From Rhabdochlamydiaceae bacterium (GTDB taxonomy: Bacteria; Chlamydiota; Chlamydiia; Chlamydiales; Rhabdochlamydiaceae): a stretch of DNA of 64,000 bases. Under the pieces are notes generated by a model, which was not told the DNA's origin, ran no database searches, and worked only from the letters and a program-made list of their open reading frames with translations. Positions 32,096-42,885 of the stretch are shown here, piece after piece (position 1 is the stretch's first letter; every line of letters starts with the position of its first letter). The position numbers and the translations under genes were made by a program. Where the stretch lies: the NCBI GenBank assembly GCA_047459655.1, contig JAJREF010000002.1, forward strand, positions 160,001 through 224,000, read 5' to 3'.

Positions 32096-33631
32096 ATGCA
32101 AGAAATTATTTTAAATATTGAATCGAAAGAGATACGCTGTGCCCATCTCCAAAATGGTCTTCTGTATGATTTGATCATTGAGCGTAAAAAGACAAGACAG
32201 CTCACCGGGAACGTTTATCGAGGCAAGGTAACAAATATTTTACATAACATCCAATCCGCTTTCATTGACATCAATGAAGGGGAAAATGGATTCATTCACA
32301 TCTCCGATATTCTGGAAAACACACAGAAGTTCCAGGAAATGTTCGATATGGACTTCGATTTTGAAAAGAAATCAACAAAAAGCAAAAAAAATGAAACCGA
32401 CATCACAAAAATCCTAAGCCCTGACCAACCAGTATTCGTACAAGTTGTCAAAGAACCAATCGGCTCCAAGGGCGCAAGACTTACTTCTAACGTTTCTATT
32501 GCAGGCAGATACCTGGTCCTCCTTCCCAACATCCCCCACCGAGGTGTCTCGCGTAAAATTGAAGACCGTTCTGCAAGAGAGCGCTTAAAAAAAATGATAA
32601 GCTCTTTTGAGATGCCCAATGATATGGGGCTCATTTGCCGAACAGCCAGCATGAATGCTACTCCTGAACTTCTTATCGAGGAAGCTCACGATCTTCTGAA
32701 TACATGGAAAGATATTGTTGAGAAGTTTGAAAAAGCTACAAAACCGACATGCCTTTACGAAGAATCTGACATCATCAAGCGAACAGTTATAACAGCTGTT
32801 GACAAAAAAATTAACCGCATCCTCATCGACGATTATGACACCTTTCAAAGATGCAAAGGGATCTACAGCAAATATAGCAACGAACATTTCGTAAAGATTG
32901 AACTCTATCGTGATAAATCCCCTATTTTTGAAAGATTCGGCGTCGAAAGAGAAATTGAAAAAGCCTTAAAAAGAAAACTTTGGCTACCCAGTGGGGGCTA
33001 CCTTTTCTTTGACAAAACAGAAGCGATGTACACGATCGATGTTAACTCTGGGAGGAGCAAAGATCAAAGCTCCGTGAGAAGTGTTGAAGAATCTTTAGTG
33101 CGTATTAATATGGAAGCAGCAGATGAAATCGCAAGACAGCTACGACTCAGAAATGTAGGCGGCCTTATCATTTGCGACTTTATCGACATGCGTTCGAAAA
33201 AAAATCAACGTAGAGTACTTGACAGGCTCAAAGATGCAATGAAAGATGACTCTGCTAAGTGCACTATTTTAGGAATGAGTGAATTTGGACTTGTTGAAAT
33301 GACAAGACAAAGACACCGAGAATCTTTAGCTCAAACACTCTTTACCCACTGCCCCTATTGTAGTGGCAGCGGCCTCATAAAGACCCATGAAAGCACTTCG
33401 ATTGAAATCGAACGCGCTCTTAAAAAATTGGTGCTCCAACAACAGCAGTTTGCTATAGAATTAGTTTGCCATCCCTTGCTTGATCACTATTTAAATCATG
33501 GTGATAAATCATATTTTGGAAAATTAGCCCATGTCTGGCATGCTGATCTCAAGTTCAACGCCAACGACTCGTTCCATTTAAATGAATTTCAATTCTACTC
33601 AACAACAAATGGCAAGCGGATTGACATTTAG
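32096..33631 (+). CDS. rng: Ribonuclease E/G family (RNase G, CafA)
   Basis: S1 domain GNVYRGKV, KEPIGSKGARLT, IDVNSG, DFIDM and CPYCSGSG. Confidence 0.92.
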   Translation: MQEIILNIESKEIRCAHLQNGLLYDLIIERKKTRQLTGNVYRGKVTNILHNIQSAFIDINEGENGFIHISDILENTQKFQEMFDMDFDFEKKSTKSKKNETDITKILSPDQPVFVQVVKEPIGSKGARLTSNVSIAGRYLVLLPNIPHRGVSRKIEDRSARERLKKMISSFEMPNDMGLICRTASMNATPELLIEEAHDLLNTWKDIVEKFEKATKPTCLYEESDIIKRTVITAVDKKINRILIDDYDTFQRCKGIYSKYSNEHFVKIELYRDKSPIFERFGVEREIEKALKRKLWLPSGGYLFFDKTEAMYTIDVNSGRSKDQSSVRSVEESLVRINMEAADEIARQLRLRNVGGLIICDFIDMRSKKNQRRVLDRLKDAMKDDSAKCTILGMSEFGLVEMTRQRHRESLAQTLFTHCPYCSGSGLIKTHESTSIEIERALKKLVLQQQQFAIELVCHPLLDHYLNHGDKSYFGKLAHVWHADLKFNANDSFHLNEFQFYSTTNGKRIDI

Positions 33632-34613
33632 AGAAAAAGTTACACTATATCGAAAACGCAACTGGATCACGCCTAAAGTCGAGGAAAACATCCTCAGATT
33701 TCACGACACCTACTATGCAAGTTTGCAAGCACACAATCTACCAGTAGAAAAATGTGAATCTATCTTTGACACCTACCTGGATTTAGTAAAAGAACACCTA
33801 CAAAAACATTTTGTGTTCAAGCCTTACCACCATAAAGTCTGCCATCCTTTTGATTTTTACGCTTTTGGAGTCGATTTTTTACGACCCCTTGTCGACGAAA
33901 AAAAATCGACTGTAAGTGGAAAGAAAAACCTGGAAGAAGTTGCAGCACACCTACAGAAAAAAATAACGTCATCTTTTTGCAAACCACCAAATTGAAGCCG
34001 ACCCCAAGCTTTAAGCATCCTTCTAGAAAATCTATACCCAGAGATTGGATCCAATATGATCTTCGTAGCAGGCGAGCGCGTTTTAACAGACCCTCTTGCG
34101 GTTCCTTTTAGCATGGGAAGAAACCTCCTCTGTATTTATTCAAAAAGATACATCGATACTCCTCCTGAAAAAAAAACAGAAAAGCAACTCCACAACAAAC
34201 GCACTATGGAACTCATGAGCTCACTCCTCAAAGAAGGAGGTAAGTGTATCTACGTAGCGCCAAGTGGTGGCAGAGATCGGGCCAATGCGGAGGGTGTGGT
34301 TGAAGTGGCCCAGCTAGACCCCCAAAATATCAAAATGTTCTACCTCATGGCGCAAAAAGCAGACCATCCAACATTTTTCTACCCGATGGCCTTGTCCACA
34401 TATGAACTATTGCCCCCTCCAGAAACCATTCAAGTAGAGCTAGGCGAGCAGAGAAACGCAAAACGTGGAGCGATTCATCTCTCTATTGGAGAGTGTCTTG
34501 ACATGGAAACATTTCCAGGCTCTGATCATACAGACAAGCAAATGCGAAGACAAGCAAGAGCTGACTATGTATGGAAAGAGATTTGCAAAAACTATCGTAA
34601 AATAGTACGATAG
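33609..34613 (+). CDS. plsB: Plastid/chlamydial-type glycerol-3-phosphate acyltransferase (frameshifted)
   Basis: PFDFYAFG, NHQ in the shifted frame, VAGERV, PFSMGRNLLCIYSK and APSGGRDR. Confidence 0.85.
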
Positions 34614-34619
34614 TTTTTA

Positions 34620-37542
34620 ATGGTAAAAACATTTTTTTCTAATAGCCGTCACATTTGTTCTCTTAGGTAATGATGTATCTTCTACGTTTGATTACGTAGA
34701 AGATAAAAATACCACCCCCATTCTAAACCCTACCTTAGCCAATCGAAAAACAGCTAAAATCCGCCTTAAAAATGGCCTTGAAGCTTACGTCATCTCTGAT
34801 CCTGACACCGACCAATCAGGAGCGTGCGTCGCTGTTGAAGCCGGCTCATGGAACGATCCGAAAGAATACCCAGGCATGGCTCATTTCTGTGAACATATGC
34901 TATTTATGGGCACCAAAGCATATCCTGATGAATCGGAGTATATGCAATTCATTGGCGACCACGGGGGAAGCAATAACGCCTATACAGCAAGCGACAGGAC
35001 CGTTTATATGTTTTCTGTGAACAACGATGCCTTTTCTGAAGCCTTAAACCGCTTTGCTGGTTTTTTCATCGACCCCCTCTTCAACCCCTCTTCTGTAGCA
35101 CGAGAGCTACTAGCTGTTGATCAAGAACACGCAAAAAATATTGAAAACGATGGATGGCGCGAGTACATGATTCTTAAAGAGACAGGAAATCCTGCCCATC
35201 CCAATGCAGGTTTCTCTACGGGCAACGCCCAAACCCTTGGAGGTATTCCCCGAGAGGCTTTGGTAAAATGGTATGAGGCTAACTATAGCGCAAACCGCAT
35301 GCATCTTGTTGTTATTTCTTCTCTACCCATTGAAGAGCTGGTCCCACTTGTTGCTGATGATTTTTCTGCTGTTCCCAATCGCGACATTTCTCATCCCACT
35401 TACCCTTTTGCATTGCTAGATAGTAAGCAAGAAGGTCATTTTATTTATATTAAACCCATCAAGGATATTAAAACGTTATCTCTCATATGGCAACCCCCCA
35501 AGAAATTCGCAGATGATAGAGATCGCAGCGTTTTTGATCTCGTAGCATATGCACTCAATAGCGGTGACTCTCACGGACTATCTGAAACAACTCAAAAAAG
35601 AGAACCTAGGAGATAAAGTATCTGTGAGCAGCAGTCAATTCAGCCAAGATGAAGCTCTTTTTGAAATTTCTATCTCATTAACAGAAAAAGGCGTGAAAAA
35701 TATCAATACTGTCATTGACCGCTGCTTCCAAGCAATCAATTGCCTAAAAATGAAAGGCATACCTGATTATCTTTTCCAAGAAAATAAACAAATGAGTCTT
35801 ATCAACTATGAATACCAAACACGAGCCGATTGTTTTTCTTTTGTAGAAAATCTCGGATCTAACATCATCTACGAACCCCTTGAAACTTTTCCCCAAAAGC
35901 TCAATATTCCTACAATGTATGACCCTGCATTTCTCCAAGATTTCATCCATACTCTTGTTCCTCAAACATGCGCGTTTTTTGTTCAGGCAGATCCCAAACT
36001 GACAGGCATTAAAATGACATCCAAAGAGCGGTGGATGGGTGCAGAGTACACCATAGAGCCCATTTCTCAAGAGCAGCTCACTACATGGAAAAATATAAGT
36101 GTCAATCCCAACCTTCAGCTCCCGCCCAGAAACCCTTTCATTCCCACAAACCTTGCTCTACTCCCCACTCCTTCTGACAAAAATGCTTCCCCCGAACTTC
36201 TTGCAAAAGATGAAGGATGCGCCATTTATTTCAAACAAGATAGCCGGTATAAAGTTCCCACTGCTACTTCCATATTCAGCATAAAAACACCTTTATTGGA
36301 TGGATCTCCTCATTCTACTGTTCTTTTCGATCTTTACCTTTACTCTTTGAAAGAACAGCTCTACAGCCCTCTTTCATTTGCCTCTACTGGAGGACTTGAC
36401 TTTGGAAGTCTCCAACAAGATTTAAAAATCGTTTTTATGGTCTCTGGATACAGCGATAAGCAACCAACCTTTTTGAAAACAATTTTCCAAGCACTCCCCA
36501 ATGTCCGTCCTACACAAGAGGAATTTGATAGTTACAAAGAATTCCTAGCTACCCTCTACCAAAATGCCTCCAAAGAAATACCGATTCGGCAGGGGATTGA
36601 AATCTTGCAAAGCGTTCTCTCAAACAACGCCCCAACCAGTCAAGCTAGATATGCAGCATTGAACCAAATCTCTTACAAACTTTTCCTCCAATTTTGTGAA
36701 AACGCCTTCAAAAAAGCATATATTGAAGGTATGATCTATGGCAATTTTTCACAGGCCTCTGCAAAAAAATTATGGAATAGTTTGAAAGTTTCTTTGGGTC
36801 CTACCCCTTACCCTCTGAATACCCACCTCAAAAAGAAGTCCTTGTCTTACCAGAAAGTGGTGGACCTTTCCTTATCCCCATCAATACAGAACGGCAAGGC
36901 AATGGGATGATCCTTACCGTCCAAGAAGGGCCATCTACTCTTGAAAAAAGATCAGCTCAGCAAGTCCTATCCTCTCTTCTCAGCAGAGACTTTTTTGATA
37001 GCCTACGAACAAAACAGCAAACTGGCTACATCGTACAATCAGCTGATATAGAGATAGAAGAGCAACTTTTCCAAAATTTTTACATCCAGTCAAGCTCTTA
37101 CAAACCTCAAGAACTCCTTGCTCGCTCTGAACTATTTTTAGACAACTTCAACAGCAATCCCGAAGAAGCCCTCCCACCCGAATCATTTGACACCATCCGA
37201 GAAAGCCTTTTAACGATTTTAGAAACGCCACCTGAAAATCAAACTGCTATGGCACAGCGCCTGAATCTCCTAGCTTTTAAATACCGTGGCGACTTTGACT
37301 GGATCAATAAAAGAATCGCTGCTTTCAAAAATCTTTCCTACGAAACAACCCTCAAATATGCACACGAGTGTTTTTCTCCTGAGAATACAAGGCGCCTGGC
37401 TATTCTAGTAGAAGGGAAAAACACCCCAGCGTCAGAAGAACAAATTCCTTCTGCCAATCCTCTTCTCTTCCACCGCACCACCCCCGCCCAGCTCCGCAGC
37501 ATGAGCACCTACGTCCCTATAAAAGAAGCTGTGGGTCAATAG
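34620..37542 (+). CDS. ptr: Insulinase/pitrilysin family (M16A) metalloprotease (frameshifted)
   Basis: HFCEH (HXXEH), NNAYT and LRTKQQTGYIV motifs; four fragments. Confidence 0.88.
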
Positions 37543-37607
37543 ACCTCGTAAAGTTGGGTTAATACCTTAAGTTCTTTCTCCCTTGCAAATATGGGAAGGG
37601 TCATATT

Positions 37608-37770
37608 AGACCTCTTTCGAAATTCTAATGCTCTTGGATTTGAGTTCTTTTTCCGCTAGTTGGAAGATCGATTTGTAGGTCATATTAAGCCAATATGACC
37701 TACAAATCGATCTTCCAACTAGCGGAAAAATAATCTCAAATACAGGCCATTATAATTTCGAAAGAGGTAT
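37608..37770. mobile_element. MITE family B, copy 2 (inverted relative to copy 1)
   Basis: Reverse complement of 21840-22001 except one homopolymer base and one near-terminal substitution. ATT direct repeats at 37605-37607 and 37771-37773. Confidence 0.9.
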
Positions 37771-37788
37771 ATTATTTCCTTGTTTTCA

Positions 37789-37835
37789 TCAAACTCGCAG
37801 AATGTGGCTAAAAAAGCAGGATTCTGCGAGTTTGA
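37789..37835. repeat. 15-bp inverted repeat between convergent genes (possible terminator or element relic)
   Basis: TCAAACTCGCAGAAT-17 nt-ATTCTGCGAGTTTGA. Confidence 0.6.
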
Positions 37836-37874
37836 GAATTTAAAAATTCATGTATATTACTTAAAACAAGCCAC

Positions 37875-38339
37875 TTAAGTAAAAATATTGATAATTCTTC
37901 GTAAGAGTCGAATATGCTTCGGAACTCTTCTTTTTCGCCTCATAACTACCTGTGGTTTAAACCACTCATCTCTAATTGTCTTTCGGAACTCTTGCGCAAG
38001 CGCATATTCTTGAAATTCTTTTTCCCGCGCGCTAAATCCTCTATGGTGAATCCTCCTTCTTTCACCCAGTTTTTCTATAGGAGGTTCGACATGATGCAGC
38101 ATCTCATGATACATAATATATGTAATGAAATAGTGAGGCACATGAGCGCGGTCGAGTAAGCGGTGAATTTTGATGAGCCCCTTGTTTTTGTGATAGGATC
38201 CCAGTAGGATACGCCTTCTAGGGACAAAACTCTTACTCCCAAACCACTGAAGTCTGAGATCAATTTTATTTTCAAAATAAAGCGCATTCACTCTATCGTA
38301 TATTTCTTTTAAATTATAATATTCTCCCTGCTGCGTCAT
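37875..38339 (-). CDS. SprT-like/YgjP-like zinc metalloprotease domain protein
   Basis: LGSY...IKIHRLLD...YHEMLH (HEXXH)...HHRGF. Confidence 0.75.
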   Translation of the reverse strand: MTQQGEYYNLKEIYDRVNALYFENKIDLRLQWFGSKSFVPRRRILLGSYHKNKGLIKIHRLLDRAHVPHYFITYIMYHEMLHHVEPPIEKLGERRRIHHRGFSAREKEFQEYALAQEFRKTIRDEWFKPQVVMRRKRRVPKHIRLLRRIINIFT

Positions 38340-38399
38340 TAAACCTCTTTCCTATAAGCATAAGGCGCAGCCAAAAATTATTAAACTGCAAAGATATAT

Positions 38400-40124
38400 A
38401 TGACTGTCATCTCTACGGGAACATATACCGATCCAGCTGAACTAGCGAGAAGCGTCAGTGCTTTATGTAAAGGTCTGGAAGCCCACCATATCATCGTAGC
38501 CCTTCCTCAACAAGATCCAAAAGGAGCGCCATCCATTGAGGTCCGGGTAGCCTCCCTATGGGAGAGGTTCCTTTCCTTTATCCGCTTTAAACCGACTGCT
38601 ATACGCTTAGCTACTATCCAGCCCTTCTTATCTCAATTTTTCAAAAATAATGATCAACTACTTAGCTCATCTCCTGATTTATATCCAATGCTCCTCAAGG
38701 TTTACCTACATTCCATCTGCCAAAGAGAAAAGACCCCTCCTGCTTGTTTACGAGAAAAAAGATCTGATACACGTTCAGCATCTGAACCTTCTCCAAATGA
38801 CGATCTTCCTATTATATTTAATATCATCACTGGAGAAGAGTCTGGAGAAGAAATCGCAATTGCCTCTGTAGAAGACTCTGTTGATCCACAGGCTTTTTCA
38901 GAAGCTGCTCGGGAAGCATTTATACACTATCAAACAGATGGGAAGGCAGAAGAAGATCTATCGGAAGATCAACGTGTCGAACTTGCTCAGCTAAACAACT
39001 CTTGTAGCATACTGGAAAAAACGCCTATCTATAGCAGCATCTCTGTTCCCTATAAATTAATAAAAAACTTACCCTGCGGTATTGCCCCTCCCCAAGATTC
39101 TATTACTATGCCCCCTATTGAGCTGCACGATTTTTCAGAAACCGCTTTCCTAGCATTTATAAAATATCAGAAGGAGGGGCAGCTGGAAAAAACTCTATCA
39201 GAGGAAAAACTTATTGAACTTGCTTCGCTAGCTGACTCGTTTGGACACAAGGAGCTAATAAAACGAGTTGTTGTTGCTTTGATTAATCTTTTAAATGAAT
39301 CTAATTGTTCTTCTCTCTTCCACAGTATAGTCGAATTAATCATAACTTTCGATGTCCAAGACCAAGAGGTTATCCTGCGTTTGATAACAAAAGGAAAACA
39401 ATTAACCAACTTCTGTTTGAATGGAAAAGAGCTAGAAAATGCTTTCCCTGACAAATGGCTTATGAAATACATTCTCGCACAATGCCATGAGTATGGAATA
39501 GGCATGGAGCAAAAATTTGAAGAAGCACTTCAGCTATATCAAAACCTATCAAAAGAGAACAATCCTTGGGGACAAGGCGAGCTAGGGAGATGTTATCATT
39601 ATGTGAGTGGTAGGTATGCAGAAGCTTTCCAGTTATACACATCGGCTGCAAACCAAGGTTTGGCCTCCGCTCGCTATCACCGAGCTGTTTGCTTCACCTA
39701 CGGACTAGGTGTAAAGAAAGACACTTTCCAAGCACTCAATTTATTCCGACAACTAGCACAAGATGGAAATAAGCTCGGATTATATGGCCTAGGTAATTTC
39801 TATAAAAATGGCACTAGAGTCCCCCTAGATATTAGAAAAGCTGTCAAACTCTACGAGCTGGCCGGAAATGAGCCTAGAGCATTATATGAGCTAGGCAGAC
39901 TTCACGAAGAGGGAACCGGTGTCCCAAAAGATCTCCAAGAGGCCTTTAAAAGATATGAAGCAGCCGCTCAACAGGGGTTGCTAGAGGCTGAGTATCACTT
40001 AGGAAAACATTACGAGAAAAACAACGATATCGCTCTAGCTAAGTATTGGTATACAAAAGCCAAAAAGCAGGGCCATAGAGATGCGGCAAAAGCATTGAAC
40101 AGACTTGTTATGCAAGAGGTCTAA
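38400..40124 (+). CDS. BTB/POZ-like plus Sel1-repeat protein (candidate effector)
   Basis: IELHDFSETAFLAFIKY...LIELASLADSFG (BTB-like) and several C-terminal Sel1 repeats (e.g. ALYELGRLHEEGTGVPKDLQEAFKRYEAAAQQG). Confidence 0.75.
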   Translation: MTVISTGTYTDPAELARSVSALCKGLEAHHIIVALPQQDPKGAPSIEVRVASLWERFLSFIRFKPTAIRLATIQPFLSQFFKNNDQLLSSSPDLYPMLLKVYLHSICQREKTPPACLREKRSDTRSASEPSPNDDLPIIFNIITGEESGEEIAIASVEDSVDPQAFSEAAREAFIHYQTDGKAEEDLSEDQRVELAQLNNSCSILEKTPIYSSISVPYKLIKNLPCGIAPPQDSITMPPIELHDFSETAFLAFIKYQKEGQLEKTLSEEKLIELASLADSFGHKELIKRVVVALINLLNESNCSSLFHSIVELIITFDVQDQEVILRLITKGKQLTNFCLNGKELENAFPDKWLMKYILAQCHEYGIGMEQKFEEALQLYQNLSKENNPWGQGELGRCYHYVSGRYAEAFQLYTSAANQGLASARYHRAVCFTYGLGVKKDTFQALNLFRQLAQDGNKLGLYGLGNFYKNGTRVPLDIRKAVKLYELAGNEPRALYELGRLHEEGTGVPKDLQEAFKRYEAAAQQGLLEAEYHLGKHYEKNNDIALAKYWYTKAKKQGHRDAAKALNRLVMQEV

Positions 40125-40789
40125 TCTTGATGAAGAACAGCAAATAACTTTTCCATCTCCGTATTATCTGCTCTTGCAACAACGGCAAGCCGGCCTTGCA
40201 GAAAAGCTGTAGGCCCTTCGAGGCGTATTCTTTTTCGGTGAGTGAGATGGAGGCGAATGAGAGCAGCTTCTGCAATCACAAGGCCATCTAGCTCCCCCTT
40301 ATCGAGACGCATAAGGCGCATATCAACAGGTCCTCTTATATCGATACATCTTACATCGCTGCGCCACTTGAGCAGTGCTTCTTCTCTGCGCTGCGAAGAG
40401 GTTCCAATGAGAGCTCCTGGAGGAAGTTCTGTATTGAATACAAGGGAATCAGAAGGATCAACACCCTTTGTTAGAGCAACAATTTTTAACCCTGTAGGAA
40501 GAGGGTCTGGTAGATCTTTTGCAGAATGGATAGCAACGTCTATCTCTCCTTGCAGCAATTGATTGTCGAGTTCTTTGGTGAAAAAATCGGTTTTTTCAAG
40601 GGAGCGAAGGGAGGTTGTCAGATCATAGTCCCCTGTTGTCTTGAGCCAGATGGGATCAAATTGTACATGAGGATGAGAAATGGTAAGCTCTGCAAATACT
40701 TCTTCCACTTGCGCCTTAGAAAGTTGAGAGCTTCTTGCTCCCACTCTAATAACTTGTTTAGCGGATAAGTGCACGGATCGCTTCCTCAA
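40121..40789 (-). CDS. hemC: Hydroxymethylbilane synthase (short chlamydial form)
   Basis: GARSSQLSKAQ, TTGD, FFTKELD, HSAKDLP, GTSSQRR and IRG motifs. Confidence 0.9.
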   Translation of the reverse strand: MRKRSVHLSAKQVIRVGARSSQLSKAQVEEVFAELTISHPHVQFDPIWLKTTGDYDLTTSLRSLEKTDFFTKELDNQLLQGEIDVAIHSAKDLPDPLPTGLKIVALTKGVDPSDSLVFNTELPPGALIGTSSQRREEALLKWRSDVRCIDIRGPVDMRLMRLDKGELDGLVIAEAALIRLHLTHRKRIRLEGPTAFLQGRLAVVARADNTEMEKLFAVLHQD

Positions 40790-42128
40790 CTAAATCAATC
40801 CCAATGAGTTTAATCTTTTGAGAATACGTAGTGGAAAGATTTTTTAGGTTTCTTTTAGGTAAAACACACTGTTTAAAACCCATGTTGATTGCTTCTTTAA
40901 TGCGCGCTTCAATTCTTGGAACACTGCGAACCTCTCCACCCAAACCTACTTCTCCTACAACAACTGTATCGCTATCGATAGACTTATTGCAAAAAGAAGA
41001 GGCAATTGATAAAAGAATGCCTAAATCTATTGCAGGCTCTGTGATTTTCATTCCCCCTGTTACAGATACAAATACATCCGTGTGATGCAGTGTGTATCCC
41101 ATCCTTTTTTCTAAAACAGCAAGAAGAAGAGCTAAACGATTTTGATCAAGACCTGTTGATTTTCTGGTCGAAGTTGCAAACGAGGAAGCTGCCGCAAGCG
41201 CCTGTATCTCGATAAGAATAGATCGTGTACCCTCAATGGTGGGAATGATGATAGAGCCCGGCATTTCTCGGACACGCTCTTGTAAAAATGCTTCAGATGG
41301 GTTTTCCACTTCCTTCAGACCTTCAGCACTCATCTGAAAAAGAGCGATGTCATCTGTGGGTCCAAAGCGATTTTTTACAGCTCTTAAGATCCGATACCCA
41401 TGTTGCCTGTCTCCTTCGAAATCGAGCACTGTATCAACAATATGCTCAAGGACACGAGGTCCTGCAATCTCTCCTGATTTGGTGACATGTCCAATCAAAA
41501 AAGTAGCCATTCCCATTCCTTTTGCAAGGTGCATGAATTCCGCTGCAAGCTCTCTGACTTGAGATACAGAGCCAGGAGCTGAGGTGAGTTCATTTTTGTA
41601 GATGATCTGAATCGAATCGACAATCAAAATATCTGGCTTGAGTTGATCGATCTGTATTTTAATATGAGAAAAATTTGTCTCGCTATAGAGAAGTAGATTT
41701 TCTGAAACAGTTTTTAACCGACGCGCTCGGAGTGTGGTTTGTTGAACCGACTCCTCCCCACAGATGTAGAGAACGGTTAACCCTTGGCTTGCAAGTGACT
41801 CAGCAATCTGTAGCATGAGAGTAGATTTTCCAATGCCAGGATCTCCTGCCACAAGAGATAGAGAACCTATGACAAGCCCCCCTCCGAGCAGACGATCAAA
41901 TTCTTTTAATTTTGTTTGAATACGATCCCGCTCATCGGTCGTGACTTCTTTGATACGCATTGGTTTTGCAATCGTCGTAGAAGATGATTCAAATCGCTTT
42001 TTTGTTTCAACGAGATCGACTTCTTCAACAAAGGTATTCCATTGCTGGCAAGCTGAGCAACTACCTGTCCACTTAGCTTGCTTTGTCCCACACTCTTGAC
42101 ATGACCAGATCACTTTTTCTTTAGCCAT
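40758..42128 (-). CDS. radA: DNA repair protein RadA/Sms
   Basis: C4 zinc finger, GDPGIGKST, KNRFG and GEVGLGGEVR. Confidence 0.96.
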   Translation of the reverse strand: MAKEKVIWSCQECGTKQAKWTGSCSACQQWNTFVEEVDLVETKKRFESSSTTIAKPMRIKEVTTDERDRIQTKLKEFDRLLGGGLVIGSLSLVAGDPGIGKSTLMLQIAESLASQGLTVLYICGEESVQQTTLRARRLKTVSENLLLYSETNFSHIKIQIDQLKPDILIVDSIQIIYKNELTSAPGSVSQVRELAAEFMHLAKGMGMATFLIGHVTKSGEIAGPRVLEHIVDTVLDFEGDRQHGYRILRAVKNRFGPTDDIALFQMSAEGLKEVENPSEAFLQERVREMPGSIIIPTIEGTRSILIEIQALAAASSFATSTRKSTGLDQNRLALLLAVLEKRMGYTLHHTDVFVSVTGGMKITEPAIDLGILLSIASSFCNKSIDSDTVVVGEVGLGGEVRSVPRIEARIKEAINMGFKQCVLPKRNLKNLSTTYSQKIKLIGIDLVEEAIRALIR

Positions 42129-42137
42129 AAAAAGTTC

Positions 42138-42841
42138 TCATCTTTTGTTTCTGATATTTTTCAAAGCATCTTCTGCAGCAGCTTGCTCTGCTTCTTTTTT
42201 TGAAGAGCCAATACCTCTTCCTACTTCTGCATTTTCAAAGCAGGCAATTACATGAAATATTTTACTATGATCCGGTCCTATTTCTTTCTCTACTTTATAG
42301 ACAGGCGGCTTTTGATATTTTTTTTGAGAATAATCTTGAAGCTCTGCTTTCCAGTTATGCACAGGCGCCTTTAAAACCTGCTCAATATCCTCTGCGAAGT
42401 GCTTCCAAAAAAATGCCCTTGCTTCTCCCAATCCACCGTCGAGATAAATAGCTCCCATCAAGGCTTCGAAGAGATCCGCTAGAATCGTATCCCTTCCTCT
42501 TCCCTCATTCATCTTCTCTCCTTTCCCTAGAAGAACATCGGAGGCAAAGCCTAGCTTCTGTAGGAATCTTGCACAAGTGCCAGCCTCTACGAGGTGCGCT
42601 CTGATCTGAGAGAGTTCCCCTTCCGGCTGCATAGGCAAGTTTTGATAGAGATAGTCAGAGATTAAAAGCCCCAAGACAGAATCCCTAGAAACTCTAACCT
42701 TTCATTATGCTCACTCACAAGCTGTCTATTCTCGTTGTAAAAAGACCTATGGATAAAAGCGAGTGTCAATAATTTTTTATCTTTAAATGTATAACTTAAT
42801 TTTGATTCAATTTCCTTATAATGCTTTACTAAATCGACCAT
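42138..42841 (-). CDS. rnc: Ribonuclease III (frameshift near 42690)
   Basis: AFIHRSF..NERLE-LGDSVLGL, ADLFEALMGAIYLDGG and a dsRBD. Confidence 0.92.
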
Positions 42842-42885
42842 GAGGGCTTATCCTGAAGACACTTTTGTTTTCAGGATTATGCAAT

